A stretch of DNA of 64,000 nucleotides from Marsupella aquatica (GCA_973895155.1 OZ316891.1:1107324-1171323), one strand, 5' to 3'. Numbered from the stretch's first letter, positions 1 through 12,401 are shown. The notes: generated by a model not told the origin, from the letters alone. A program made the numbers and translations.

Positions 1-732
1 CACACAGGTACGGTACTATCGATCGCTGCACAGGATCCATGTGTTCTACCGTGGATTGCTAGGGGGATGGGTTCTTTTCCCGGGGATGATTCCTCTCTCT
101 GAGTATAGGATCGGATTATCTGGCCGGCTTTCCTGCTCGATGTGGGTGGGAGTAGAGTGCTGTTCGTGCATCTTATGGCTTCGGATTTGGGTTTCCTTTG
201 ATGGCATTGTTGAGATAATGACGACATTTTGTCTGGAGGAGAGTAATGAAACCCTAAGCTAGCGGTGAAGACATAATGACAGTAGAATTGCCCACCTAAC
301 TGAACTCAAAACATTAGAGGCAGGGATCTTTGGCATGAGGTATCTGTGAAGCAATTGTGGTTCTGATTCGAGGTTTGAAGGATGTCATTTTCTCATTGTT
401 TATTTTGCTATTTTACTGTGGTTGGTCGTCATTCTGTTCGTGTGATCGGGGCTACTCGCCAGTTTTCTTGACGAGGCAATTTAGGGCTTGGTTTTCTTAC
501 TTCTGTCGGACTAGGGTTCCTGCATTTCCTCAGGGAGATCCACAGTAGCTGTTGGCGTAGCTTACTTAAGTTTCTTCTTCGCTGGGCCTGAGTTGCTTGC
601 TACTAATTCTGAGCTCCGTGAGGGCTAGAAGTCATGGAATGCAGTTCTCTTCCCAGTTTTTGTGTCACGTCTTTTCTCAGCACGCCTACTCGTTTGACGT
701 TCTCACACTTGAGTACTGGGATTGTGTTACAG

Positions 733-3472
733 ATTGTGAGGGGCTTCGCTGGCAAGGCAGAGCCTAAGCAACAGGAAGTCCAGGTGGGCTCTTTTCCTCT
801 GCTTACCAAAGTTGCTCTCTTTTCATATTTCACCGGTAATGACGGCAAAGTTTCTGTGACTCAAGGGGCCTCCTTACACATGAAGAGGATTTATTAGTCC
901 AGTCTGTATCTCAGTGGACGTGGATGATAGTGTGTTTAGAATTTGATGAAACTTGCGAGCCAGGTATTCCACCTCCATGTTTCGAACACAATACCGGGTC
1001 TGAGTTTATTCCCGAGCTAGCCATTTTAGAGTGAGTCTTCCCTTTTACTCACCAGGGTTTGACATGTGTTACCTCCCTCATGACCTTAAATCACATGAGG
1101 AGCTCTCTTGATTGGTTTTATCGAGGAATTGCTTGCACGAGTCATCCAGAGATGGGACTAAAAACTGGGACGACAGAAAATGATATCTTTAGGCACCATA
1201 CTTATTGCATTCCCCACCTGTAGCTACTACATGAAAGTAAAATACAAAATTAAACCGAAGAGAATTGAACTCTTGGCTGTCGGTGTTTGTGCCAATGTGG
1301 TGAAATCAAGGTGTGTATATAGCACCATTGCTTAGCACCAGCTATGTAACTGCTATTTTGATGCAGGTTCCAATTACTATGTATGGTGTAACTGGGAAGT
1401 ATGCATCTGCGTTGTACGTGACGGCGGTGAGGGGTAATGTGTTGGAACCAGTCCTGGTGGAGCTAAAGGACATTATAGGTCTCGCAGAGAAGAATGAAGT
1501 TTTCAGTGAATTCTTAAAGGATCCCTCTGTTACCAAGGATGTCCGAATGAAAGCAGTTGAAGAAATTTTTGGAAAAGAGTCAAAGTATTCAGATGTTACG
1601 AAGAATTTTCTTGGTAACTATCCTTGATTCCCCTTTTGCCCGTAGCTTTCGTTAGTTTAAGATGTGTGGATGTCGTAAAAGTTTTTCTCTGCTGTTTTAT
1701 CCGCCTTTAGTTTGTAAAGTAGATCAAGAGTTCTTCACAGACTCATGGAGTTGAAACACCGATTGCTGTTGTACATGACTCGTTTAGACTGAAGCAAGTG
1801 GAAGACCATGTAAGATCATGTTTACTAGGATTTTTTTCTGGCCATCTTTGAATTTAATTAAGTACTCTCTTTGAAAAGATTAAGTTCCATGGGTCTTTCT
1901 AAACGTTTTGGATTAATGCAATTGGACTGCAGCTGTGCTTGCCGAGAATGGCAGATTGAAAGAACTGCACAAGATCTTAAACGCTTACTCAGAGCTTGTC
2001 TTGGCTTATAAAGGAGAAGTGAAAGCCACAGTTACTTCTGCACTTGTAAGTTTCCTAGCGTGAGGCTAAGTATGTTTCCTTTGAGATAGATCAAGCAACG
2101 ACAAATTGGATTTAAATGTTAAGGAAGCAGCGTAGACGGTTACAGGAGTCCTAAGTGGCTGTTGATCTGAATGGCTGGAATTTAACTGATAGGGTTACTT
2201 CTGCAAGTCACTATATCAATATGTTGCGAAAAGATGGTTCTGTTTTCATAAGTTTGAAGTGCATCCAGCACAGTTTCTCAACAAATATTGATCTAAGTCA
2301 TACACTGAAGACCAGGCAATCTTAGATACGTTTGAGGGACGAGAGTTTCCCAGAACAGTTTCGAACTCTGCTCACATGCGATTGTGTTCTTGATCTTTCT
2401 AGGAGCTGAGTCAAGAGGAGCTTTCTGGCATTAAGGATGCTTTGAAGGGTCACCTGAAATCTGGCCAAGTGTTGAGTATTGAGCAAAAGGTAAATGGCTT
2501 GAGAAGTGGGGTCACAAATTCCTGCATCTCTATCCTTTTCATGTGGAATGTTTTTCTCTACCTTTTCAGTATCTTGCTGTAGAGGGTTGATAAGGAGGAA
2601 GTCGCAAACACTGAGCCATGTATGTCACTCTTCACTGTGCCAACGTAAGCAAACCATTCCTCTGCATGACGTGGTAGAGTTAAGCTACATCCATCTCTTT
2701 GTGGATAATTGAGTTATGTATTCGTAACAGCATGTCCGTACCTAGGGCTCTGAATGGGTTATATATTAACTTTGTGCGTTCAAGAAAGTTTGCACATAGA
2801 GGAATTTTCTAATCAGTCGCTTTGCAGTCTTAATTCTTGCTTGGAATGTGTTAGAGAATGTCCTTGTTATCTATGTCGACGTATCGGCATGGACCCACAA
2901 TACCTCTTAAACTCTTGGTTTAGTGGCTCGTTGGGGGATTGTAGAACTGGTCCCTGGTGGTTTTGGAAAAGATCTGGAGAGTAAATTTAGGTTGAGTTTA
3001 TTTGAAGTGTGATTAGAAGGATGCAGATGATTTACTCAGGAGGATCTCTTGTCTTTGAAGATATTTACTCCAGAGGGGAGACCTGTAAATCGTTGTCCAT
3101 TGAAACTTTTGTCCTGGGTTTGTCTGAAGTGTTTGTCAGATGTCATAACATTCATATGTCAACTTCCTTTGGATCGTCTTTTTGCTTAAGGATTGCTGTT
3201 TGTTGATGTTGGGTCATTTGTTAGAGTACTGTATGTATTTCGAAGTTGACATGTTATGTGATCCCAATCTTGATCCTTGGGACATTTCTTCCATACTTGG
3301 CTCCATAGTCCTCTCATCTGGAACTTGAATATTGTGTGCTGCTTAAATTGAATTGCAGGTTGACAGAAGCATCATTGGAGGGATTGTGATTGACATTCTT
3401 GACAAGCACATTGACCTCTCCATCGATACGCGGATCAAACAGATGGAGAAGGTTCTTGCAGAGAACTTGTAG
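733..3472 (+). CDS. ATP5: Mitochondrial ATP synthase subunit O (OSCP/delta family); 5' end lies upstream of the window
   Basis: GT-AG exons 733-783 (IVRGFAGKAEPKQQEVQ), 1367-1613 (VPITMYGVTGKYASALY...DVTKNFL), 1933-2045 (VLAENGRLKEL...GEVKATVTSAL), 2403-2489 (ELSQEEL...IEQK) and 3359-3472 (VDRSIIGGIVIDILDKHIDLSIDTRIKQMEKVLAENL*) splice in frame and carry OSCP motifs. Bases 1-7 (CACACAG|gtacg) are probably the end of the preceding exon. Confidence 0.95.
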
Positions 3473-4358
3473 TGCATAACATGAATATCTTCTCGATCCA
3501 GAGGTGGCTTCCTTCTACACTTCAAGTAGCTGAAAAGTCCATCACCTGAGGTGTACCGCCTTCATCATGACTTAACTACAGTTTGTTGAAACAAAACAAA
3601 GTGCGGTCACAGTGCTTTTAGAGCTTTCCAGCAGGATATCAGAAGAAATCGCTGGTATCAAAATAAAATTGCTGCGCTCAATGTCAGTGCTTTTGTCCTT
3701 GTGGAAAGAACCTGTCTATGCATACGGCCAAACCTTTTTTTGGACAAGAATTTCTCTGTGACAAGAGTTGTTTTGCACGGATTTTTGTGAAGGCCTACTT
3801 TTATTCTTTAGTAGGAACCAAAAGGACTGATTGTCTGTCGAGCGCAAGTTTCACATGTCGCAAGCTTGGTTGGCATGACGATGCAATAAATATACAAGAT
3901 GAAAGTAATGTCTGTGTAGCACCATTGTGAATCAGTGTTGGATGTTTTCCTGATTTATCCTCTGAGCTAAGAGCCAACTGATCAGGCTTCTTCTCGATCT
4001 TGAATCCCTTGCTCCATGTCTTTAGTTTTCACTCAAGCATCCAATTGAAGAGTAATACAATGAAATGCACAATTTCTTTTGTTGGATAATCATTTCTAGT
4101 TTGACTCTGTAAGTGAAGTGGTTAGGACCACTTTCTCCCTAATGACCATGGAGGCTTGAAAGTGACAGACAGTTTGAACCTCTAGCCTCCTAACGCAATT
4201 TTCATTCACCTGTTGCTACCTGAAATAAGGCCATTTTGCTACCTGAAATAATTTCCAAAAAGGTAGGAAATAAAACTCTTGGAGACACCAGATGTAAAGC
4301 ACCGACAAAGTAAAATCCATTATCTGTCCATGCGCGATAGACCGTGAAAGAGGATCCG

Positions 4359-4460
4359 TACATAGAGCTGATGACGAGGTTTGGGCTGCACCTTTGAGAG
4401 AATTTGCTTTACATAGAGCTAATGACGAGGTTTGGGCTGCACCTCTGAGAGATTTTGCTG
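4359..4460. repeat. Two tandem ~51-bp direct copies
   Basis: TACATAGAGCT(G/A)ATGACGAGGTTTGGGCTGCACCT(T/C)TGAGAGA occurs twice head-to-tail. Confidence 0.9.
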
Positions 4461-5082
4461 AACTGTATGATGCTAAGGCACGTGCTTTGTTGTCACAAAA
4501 TGGGTAGGCACTCTCCCCTTAATTGGTCTGTTGGTTTCTGAGCTGACTTTATATCTCTGACATGCTTGCTGTAGGCGTGGGTGTACCACAATAACCTCTG
4601 CAAGCCGAAAGATTGTTGTTGCCACAGACATAACACTGCCACACGAGAGAGTGCTAATAGGGAATTCACGGAAAGTATACGACTAAATTACGTAGCTACG
4701 GTAAGTATGCTTTGGACCGTTTCGTCGTTGCTGTACTGACAATGTGCACTGGAAGGTTCCTACACACGACCCTCACGGGCCTACATTGTGAACTCTGAGG
4801 AAATTGATGAAAGTTGGTCGTCAGCACCTTATCGAGCAATTGTGCAAGCGCGTCCAAAACATGTGCAGCAAAACTTAGTTAGACCAGCCCGCATACCTGT
4901 CCATAGAGGAAGGGTTCCCCTATCAAAATTGTCTGGTACCCAAAAAATTATGGCCTATGATTTTAATTTAGGAAATAGATCAAGACTGGTAGACTTAGAC
5001 TTCCATTTAATTTGCAATTGTGGGTTCACTTTACAGAGTAGGTTATGAACTGTAGACTCAAAATTAGATCACAAAGTCCGTT

Positions 5083-5406
5083 TGTCAAAGGGCAATGGAA
5101 GTGTCATGAGAAGTGGCATTCCAATCATGAATTATAGTATAGATAGATAGATAGATAGATAGATAGATGTCAAAGGGCAATGGAAGGGTCAATGGAAGGG
5201 TCAATGGAAGGGTCATTAAGAAGTGGCATTTCAATCTTGAATTACTGTGTAGATGTCAAAGGGCAATGGAAGGGTCATTAGAAGTGGCACTTCAATCTTA
5301 AATTATAGATGTCAAATGGCAATGGAAGGGTCATTGGCACAAAATAGCGGGCAGAAAATCTTATTTGGATGTCAAAGGGCCATGGAAGGGTCATTAGAAG
5401 TGGCAG
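5083..5406. repeat. Minisatellite of five ~55-90-bp units with embedded (GATA)n
   Basis: Unit TGTCAAAGGGCAATGGAAGGGTCATTAGAAGTGGCA is repeated five times. A (GATA)n run lies at ~5139-5168 and one unit has a triplicated CAATGGAAGGGT. Confidence 0.9.
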
Positions 5407-5419
5407 AAGAATCTAGAAG

Positions 5420-6863
5420 ATGATACCAGGTCAATATGGCTGACCAATTGAACCAAGTCTTCCTCAAAACAGCCTTTGGTGTTCCTCAGAGCAAAGTCTA
5501 TGCCATATTTTACCATGGAGGATAGCTGGAAAATGTAGACTGGAAAATGGTTGGAATTATATTTTGAATTGCCCGAAACATGACAAAGTAGTTGCCAGAT
5601 CTCTAAAGATCTAATGTCTATCCAGAATATCAGGAAAACCAGCTGGTCTATATATGTACGGCCAACAGGAACTGGCAAGTGAATCAGGGGAGCAATAGCC
5701 ACTATAGCTGCCTTTTTATAAAGTAGCATCAACTTGTACTAACTACTACCACGAAAATACTTTTAACCAGCAACCCAGAGTCAAACAATGGGGTCTAGCA
5801 AGTACCGTAGAACCTTAGGAGGATAATAGTTTCAGGCAATGTGGATCCTGCCCTATGGCACAGTGAGTAACGATAGGTCAAAATGTGACTAAGCCTGCAG
5901 CAGATGAGTTGGGCTGCTCAACGAGAAATGGTTAAACTTATTTGAGGTTCTGTGGCCATGGCGTCCCTAACATCCAGGAAACAAACCACGGTTCATTTCT
6001 GATCATGGAGGTAAGGAGACTGTAATGACATTTTCATTGTGAAATTATGCATTGACATAATTATATTGTACTAGTGCAATGTCTGTGCGTTGCACTATAT
6101 TGTTGATTGTAAGTGATGATGAATAGAGGTGTTACTGAACATTGAGCATATTGAGATGTAGTTCGCAATTTGGCCTGGCAATTGGTTTCAAGGAATGTAG
6201 GATCTTCAGGGAGAGTGCCTGATTGGGAGTGGAATTTTAGGGCCATCTCATGGTAAGGAAAAATTTCATCATAATCCAACAACAAGCAAGTTGTCCTGTT
6301 GGAATAACATTTTGTAAACAGCCTTTGTGAAAGAAAGAACAAGATTGCATATTATAGTATTTACGTGCTTCAGGGTTTCAGATGAGTACCTAGTTTACAT
6401 TCATAAGTTTAATTTGAAAGGCAGCTAGCAATTTATGCTGAGGGGAGCCTCATTGGTGATTATTTTAGTGGTAGTGGAACTCTACTGTTATTGACTTTCA
6501 TACTCCCCAACATGCCTCCCTTCCTTGAACCCCCTCCCCTTGTGTTTGTTTTATTACGATCTCCTTGTCACCTCATATGGTCCACTTGACACCAAAAAAG
6601 TCTTATGTCCACTTTCTGTATGGTTGTGCATGATCAATTTTTGGATGATCAAAGTACATTGTGGAACAAAATTAGATTCCGTACAATCACACAATGTAAC
6701 GGAGCCTTTTTAGGAACATGTCAGAACAAGTTGCTATAAAAAATTGAGAAGACTATTCTAGAGGAAGGAGCGTTGAAGTTTGATGAGATGGACGAAGCCA
6801 TCATTAACCAACTCATTAAAACGGATAAATGAATATAGCATTCACAGCTACAGACGTGCTGTA
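5420..6863 (+). pseudogene. Degraded multi-exon P-loop NTPase (AAA/ATPase_2-like) relic
   Basis: Walker A remnant CGG CCA ACA GGA ACT GGC AAG TGA (xPTGTGK*) at 5659-5682. Walker B-like KP.FI/LIME is followed by a gtaag donor at ~5983-6015. Later fragments read SLIGDY (~6446-6463) and ILEEGALKFDEMDEAIINQLIK (~6754-6820). Many stops and frameshifts. Confidence 0.35.
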
Positions 6864-9091
6864 TAGAGGTACCTCTCTATCAGTGCACAATCCCGGGAAG
6901 AAACATTCAAGGAGACGAGTCCCTGGAACAGCATTAAGTATACCTCGGGATTTCCCCACAACCTACCGGAAGGAGCGCCCTGAGTTTTCCCCTTTTTGCA
7001 CCCATCTCTTTTCAGGCCATGACCTTACACTCGCTTCCCCGGGCTCCCTCTCAATTAGAGACTTAACTTAATTCAACATTCTTATCCCCTCTTGTGTAGT
7101 GTCTTTTTCCCTTGCATGTGTTTGTGGGAGTGTTTGTTTAAATTTATTGGACTCCATGGAGACAATCTTTTGACAATAGCTGACATTCTATTTAAATTTT
7201 TTGGACTCCATGGAGAGTTCCCGGGTATTTTCCTGGTTTTGAAAAAAAAATTAAAATTCTTGGACTCTATGGAGGCAATTGTTTGACAGTAGCTGACACA
7301 TTTGACCAGTTTTGCAAAGTCTGGCCCCAGTCTTTTAGTCTTTGATTTATGAGGGGTTGATTATTCAGTGCAAGATCACCTGAGCTCAAACTCTTGCTAC
7401 TAAATTCTTCCTCAGTTCATGGTTGTATTCCATACCTTCCAGATGGGTAACAAATGCATTCATATCTAACTTGTAATTGTGCCTAACTTTGTAACTTTAC
7501 TATTTCAAGGTCCAGGGAGCACAAACACTAAACTCAAAAGAACATACACCATTGCTAATCCCAAAACCTGAAAAAATGAGAAAATTAAAAATTATCACCT
7601 ACTCATACGGATAAACTATTGTAGAACCAACTCCCTAGGAAAACCAATTTTCAATTCAATTATCAAATTGGATTTTGAAACAATTTTTTCTTTTGAAAGT
7701 CAGTGTAATGATGAATATAATAGCAATTTTGATTTTCTGATATATCCATTTCTTTAATACTTCCTGAATTTCTCCACAGTAGTACTGTAGAGTTTTACAA
7801 ACGTCCACAAGGCTACGAATTTACTGATGGTTATAACTTTGATTCTTCCGTGAGCACTTTATCAGCCAAATGTTTTTTAAATTGGATATATTAGTATATC
7901 ATCTCCATTAGAGCTAAATTTAAAAAGAAAAACAAATGGGTCGCCATTTTTCTTTATTCTAAGGCTTGAGCAGTAAGTATGACTACTGTAGTTTACATCT
8001 GAAATGATTATCTCCATTTTTTTGGAATTTGATAGATCATTTTGGTTTCAACCCCCTTGTATCTTACATCTGAAATATAAGTATGGTCTAAAAAATGCGT
8101 GATTACAGAGGCTCAGGCTCCCATAAAGGTTACAAAGTTAGGCACAATTACAAGCTAGGCATGAATGCATTTGTTACCCATCTGGAAGGCGTGGAATACA
8201 AGGATGAATTGAGGATGAATTTAGTGGCAAGAGGTTGAGCTCAGGTCATCTTTCACTAAATAATCAACCCCTCATAAATCAACGACTACAACTAGACTGG
8301 GGCCGGACTTTGCAAAGTGGGTCAAAATGTGTCAGCTACTGTCAACGATTGCCTCCATGGAGTCCAAGAATTATTTAATTTATTTTTCCAAAACCAGGAT
8401 AATACCCGGGAACTCTCCATGGAGTCCAAGAAATTTAAATAGAATGTCAGCTACTTTCAAAAGATTGCCTCCATGGAACCCAAGAAATTTAAACAAACAC
8501 TTCCACCAACAGATGCAAAGGAAAAAGGCACTACACAAAAGGGGATAAGAATGTTGAATTAAGTTAAGTCTCTAATTGAAAGGGAGCCAGAGGCAGCGAG
8601 TGTAAGGTCATGGCCTGAAAAGAGATGAGTGCAAAAAAGGGAAAACTCAGGGTGCACTCAGGGTGCTCCTTCCAGTAGGCTGTGGGGGAGTCCCGAAGTA
8701 CAGTTAATGCTGTTCCAGGGACTCGTCTCCTTGAATGGAAAAAACATCCGACATGCACTATATGGGGGTTTGCATTACATGATAAGTGCCACCCCATACA
8801 ATTGCGAACCTGTGAATAAGAGTTCCCCTCAGTCAATGCGCAGTCTCATGACTTGCAAACCAATTTGTACATTACTGGCCTAAATTGGTGTCCTACGGCA
8901 TACTCTACTTGAAAGGGGCATGCACTTATCAGTAGATGCAATTTGATGGGATTTTGGGCTTACTGACAATTTTTTGCACTTCAGTTATGGTTTTTGAAAA
9001 ATATTTCAGGTCTGTTAAAAAAATGGTGGAACACGACACCTTGCACTTATGCAGGGTGTGCACTTATGGAGTGTGCAATTACAGAGAGGCA
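6864..9091. mobile_element. Non-autonomous foldback / long-TIR DNA element
   Basis: 6904-7499 is the reverse complement of 8124-8737 (about 85-90% identity by eye) around a ~625-bp AT-rich spacer. Each arm has three copies of AAATT..TTGGACTCCATGGAG. The outer left end AGAGGTACCTCTCTATCAGTGCACA is partly mirrored by TGTGCAATTACAGAGAGG at ~9072-9089. No transposase ORF. Confidence 0.8.
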
Positions 9092-9393
9092 TGAGGAGGG
9101 TTAAAAGCTTAACCACAACTAGGGACTTAGCTGAGATTAGGTTGGTCATGTGTGATCTTGCATATGCCAAGGCTAGTGTAAGCCGCTGGTACATGGTGTT
9201 TGCTCATTGTAACGAAGCAACTTGAGGAAGAGAGAGAGCTTGTGTGTTCGACTAGTACTCTAAAGTAAAGTTGAAATGTTCATGGGGACGTAGCCTTAGA
9301 GAAGAGGTGAACCACGTATAGATTGTGTCTACTACGTGGGCATGGTATGAGTCATGATTGTATCGTCATGAAAGAAGACGTCATACTTCAACA
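9092..9393 (+). mobile_element. Diverged copia-type LTR remnant related to the LTRs at 43982/50192/62933
   Basis: Shares colinear blocks with those LTRs (TTAGGTT.GTCATG, GCTCATTGT.ACG.AGC, GACGTAGCCT, GAGGTGAACCACGTAT) and ends in TCAACA. No matching TSD was found. Confidence 0.6.
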
Positions 9394-9569
9394 ATGTCCT
9401 TCCACAAAAAAAACTAAGTCTTCCGCTGAAACCCAGAAAAAGACCCTATGCTTATTTGTATGTGATGGGTGGGAAGAAAATAAATGAGGACCCCCGGCAA
9501 ACCCATTTCACGCCACTGGTGGTGGGAGGTTTTGACCCCACTACAACTAGAAATACATGGCACCAGGAA

Positions 9570-10590
9570 AACAACTAACGAGCAAGACATGGGTAGAATT
9601 CTTCCACACTGAAATATGGCTTTCGGAAGCAGTGTGAGTCATTGCAGCAGTATAGATAGGCAATGTCTGCACATTCATGACGCCCTGCACCTCTAGATGT
9701 AAATCCTCATAAAGCCAGACAGCAAGTTATATAGACTATGTGGTCCTTTCACCTTGCCTATCAATAAACCCACTTAGGATGGTATTTCTATGAACAATAT
9801 AATTATATTGTTAGTTTTAATAGCTAGGTAAAAATTGGGCTGGTACTTGGAGTTCTTGTCAATACCCCCACCAATATTTTCAGGTTTGGGATGTAGCATA
9901 TCCCATCTCAATAAAGCCATTCATACTCTTAGCAGCTAGAGGCTCCAACTGGTTCTAAAGAATGATGTCTTCTCATGCAGTCCAGTTTTTAATCCTGGCT
10001 CGTTTTACAAACTTGTCAAGTTTTAGAAGTTGTTCAGACAAAGTCCTTACTCTCTGCCTAAAGTGTCTCTACAGCCTACAACTTTGTATGACATTTCTAA
10101 CATTCTCCCTGGAAATAATCAATAGAGTTCTGTAACGTGGCCAGTCAGGGTGAATCAACTGCTATGCATGCACGGATCCAGGGTAAGCTGAGTGCCGAGT
10201 GTCACTGAACAATGCAGGATTTGAATAGGGGCCAAAACCACCAGGAGGGCTTGGGGATGTGCTTTGCGATAAGTCATGGGTAGCTCTGGCAGAACACAAT
10301 GACATAACTCTGAATTCACAGTACAGCCCCTCTACCTCAGCCAGACTGAGTTTCATGAGTCAATATGTGTTGGTGCAACAACTTGTGGTTATTAGTTTTT
10401 GAGCTTACAAGCAATGATCACCCTTTGTTTCACCCATAACTCTAGTGTGTGTAGAAGGCCTGAGCTTATCATGTACTCTAGTGGTAACCATTTGAAGTTG
10501 GCGGAAGAGGTTTTTTGGTTGCCTTGAGGGAGATTTTGGTATAAATTCAGACAATAGCATAATTGTATGGAGCCACAAAACCTCCACAAA
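9570..10590 (-). pseudogene. Putative Crypton/DUF3504-type tyrosine recombinase relic
   Basis: Frameshifted fragments in colinear order: NQKTSSANFKW, LELWVKQR, MKLSLAEVEGLYCEF, PALFSDTR, TLDPCM, IISRENVRNVIQS, PENIGGGIDK, PNFYL, GPHSLYNLL, GFTSRG, AMTHTASES. The resemblance to DUF3504 proteins is judged from memory. Confidence 0.35.
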
Positions 10591-12186
10591 CTACCATTAA
10601 CTCATTTTCACAGACCAAGAACTAGGTAAATAATTCAATCAATACAAAGTTTACTATTTGGCCCTTTGCTTTCACCAAACGTTGTTACTTTGCAATGTTG
10701 TCTTGCAAACAAGTATTCTAACTAGCTTTCACACTCTTGCTGGTGGTGATTGTCAAATTTCCCAGCCAAATGCTTTTTGAGTGTCATTCTTTTGTTTTTC
10801 CGCATGACATACTTAGGAGTTTGCAACCTATTTCAACCAAAACACACTTTTTCCAGAGTATTTTGCTTTAGATCATTTTTCCAAACTGTTGGAGTCTAGA
10901 GTTTTAACTTACTCCCTAATTCCCAAACACGGAAGCACATTTTTTCCCAGCAACTTTTTTGGAACGTCACTCACTTTGCTTTTCAAGTAGTTATTATTTT
11001 CAAAGGCCTCATTAAACCGACTGACTTTCTGATCAATTATCAATTGCACGAACCTAATCACTATTAGTGTCCGTATAGAGGGATCTGCATACAGTAAGTT
11101 ACTAAGCTCTCATTTTGACATTTTCTGAAAGACCGGTACAACGGACGAGTTAGACAACCAATCTGGGTCAGGAGGCTCCGTTAATTCTTGATGACAGTTA
11201 ACGCAGAGGAAAAGTGAACGAATCTCGGGTGGTTGAGAATGTGTTAGTCAGTCCACATGCGGGCAGCGGGGCAGGGAATGGCAGGGAGGAGCGACAGCGG
11301 GACGGGCCTCCTCACTCCTCAGCCAGCCAGCCACACGACGGGCTGAGGAGGAACCTTTTCCCCAGACAGCAACAAAAATAAAACATAAGTGTAAAGGGGT
11401 CGGGCAGGATCCGGAAAAGGAAACGCCAGCCTAGCATTCGCTTGCTTTGCTTGGCTGCGAAGATTGTGTTAACGGACGGCAGTTGTCTAATCAACGGCAA
11501 CGGGGCCGCCTTTCCGCACTCTTCCAAGTTCCAACGGCCCAAAAGCGGCGGCCCGATCACCGGATATTGGGATATCGGATGTAGCCTAACGCCCAGCCAA
11601 CCAACCACCGTTTGACAGAAACCGGCCCTCTAGATTGGAAGCGAAGAAATCATTGCTGCCCGGCCAGTCCTGTTACCGTAGGGGATATCTGGGAAAATAA
11701 ATAAATAATTATTAGAATTTTTCAGTCCATCAGATAAACTTTGAGGTAGTGTTTGTGAAACCTTGGAAAATCATTTACGATAAGATCTCTATTTTGATGT
11801 AAAACACGGATTTATCAACGTGTGTATTGTTTTTTATAATAAAACCAAAATCCACGTAACTTTGTTATGACATTGGGCAGTTATTTGAAGGATGGAAATA
11901 TTAAGTTTTTGGCATGAGTGAACCTGATTGTCCTTCCCGTAATCTGACTTAATCTAACTTCTCATTTCCCAGCTCTTTTCCAACTGCCTGACTATGTGTT
12001 TCACTTCTGGCTACCCTACGTGAGAGCTTATATGAAATGTAGTAATGACATAAAGTCCATTTTATAAGAGTGCCACAAATCTATATCACACTGCAAATTA
12101 ATAAAGGACATCCAATAGGGAGTCACAATCCCAAAGGTAAGAGAGACAACAAAGGAGTCCCCAGCTACAAGGATATATAGATGACA

Positions 12187-12401
12187 CAACTTTTAGTACT
12201 CTGACACTAAAGATATTGTAATTTAAAATATTGCCACATTTTTTTGGTATATACAAATGTCGCTGTTTTGCATATGGATGACAAGTTCACAAGATAACTA
12301 GTGCAATTATATACTAAACCATGGCATATTTGTAAATATATTAAAAACAATGGCAGTCTTGTAAATCCCAATGTTTGTAGTGGTAATGTCCTTAAAAGCT
12401 G
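12187..12401. mobile_element. Mutator-type MITE, copy 1
   Basis: Imperfect TIRs (CAACTTTTAGTACTCTGACACTAAAGA ... TGTAGTGGTAATGTCCTTAAAAGCTG) and a perfect 10-bp TSD ATAGATGACA at 12177-12186 and 12402-12411. Confidence 0.85.

Noticed and set aside
4368-4405. CTGATGA followed by a small stem, resembling a hammerhead ribozyme in a tandem repeat
   Set aside because: The stem is followed by TGAGA rather than CGAAA, stems I and III cannot be formed, and the second copy reads CTAATGA.
5083-5406. Repeat-spacer appearance suggesting a CRISPR array (also 61495-62240)
   Set aside because: Eukaryotic context, spacers are related to each other, repeats are degenerate and there are no cas genes.
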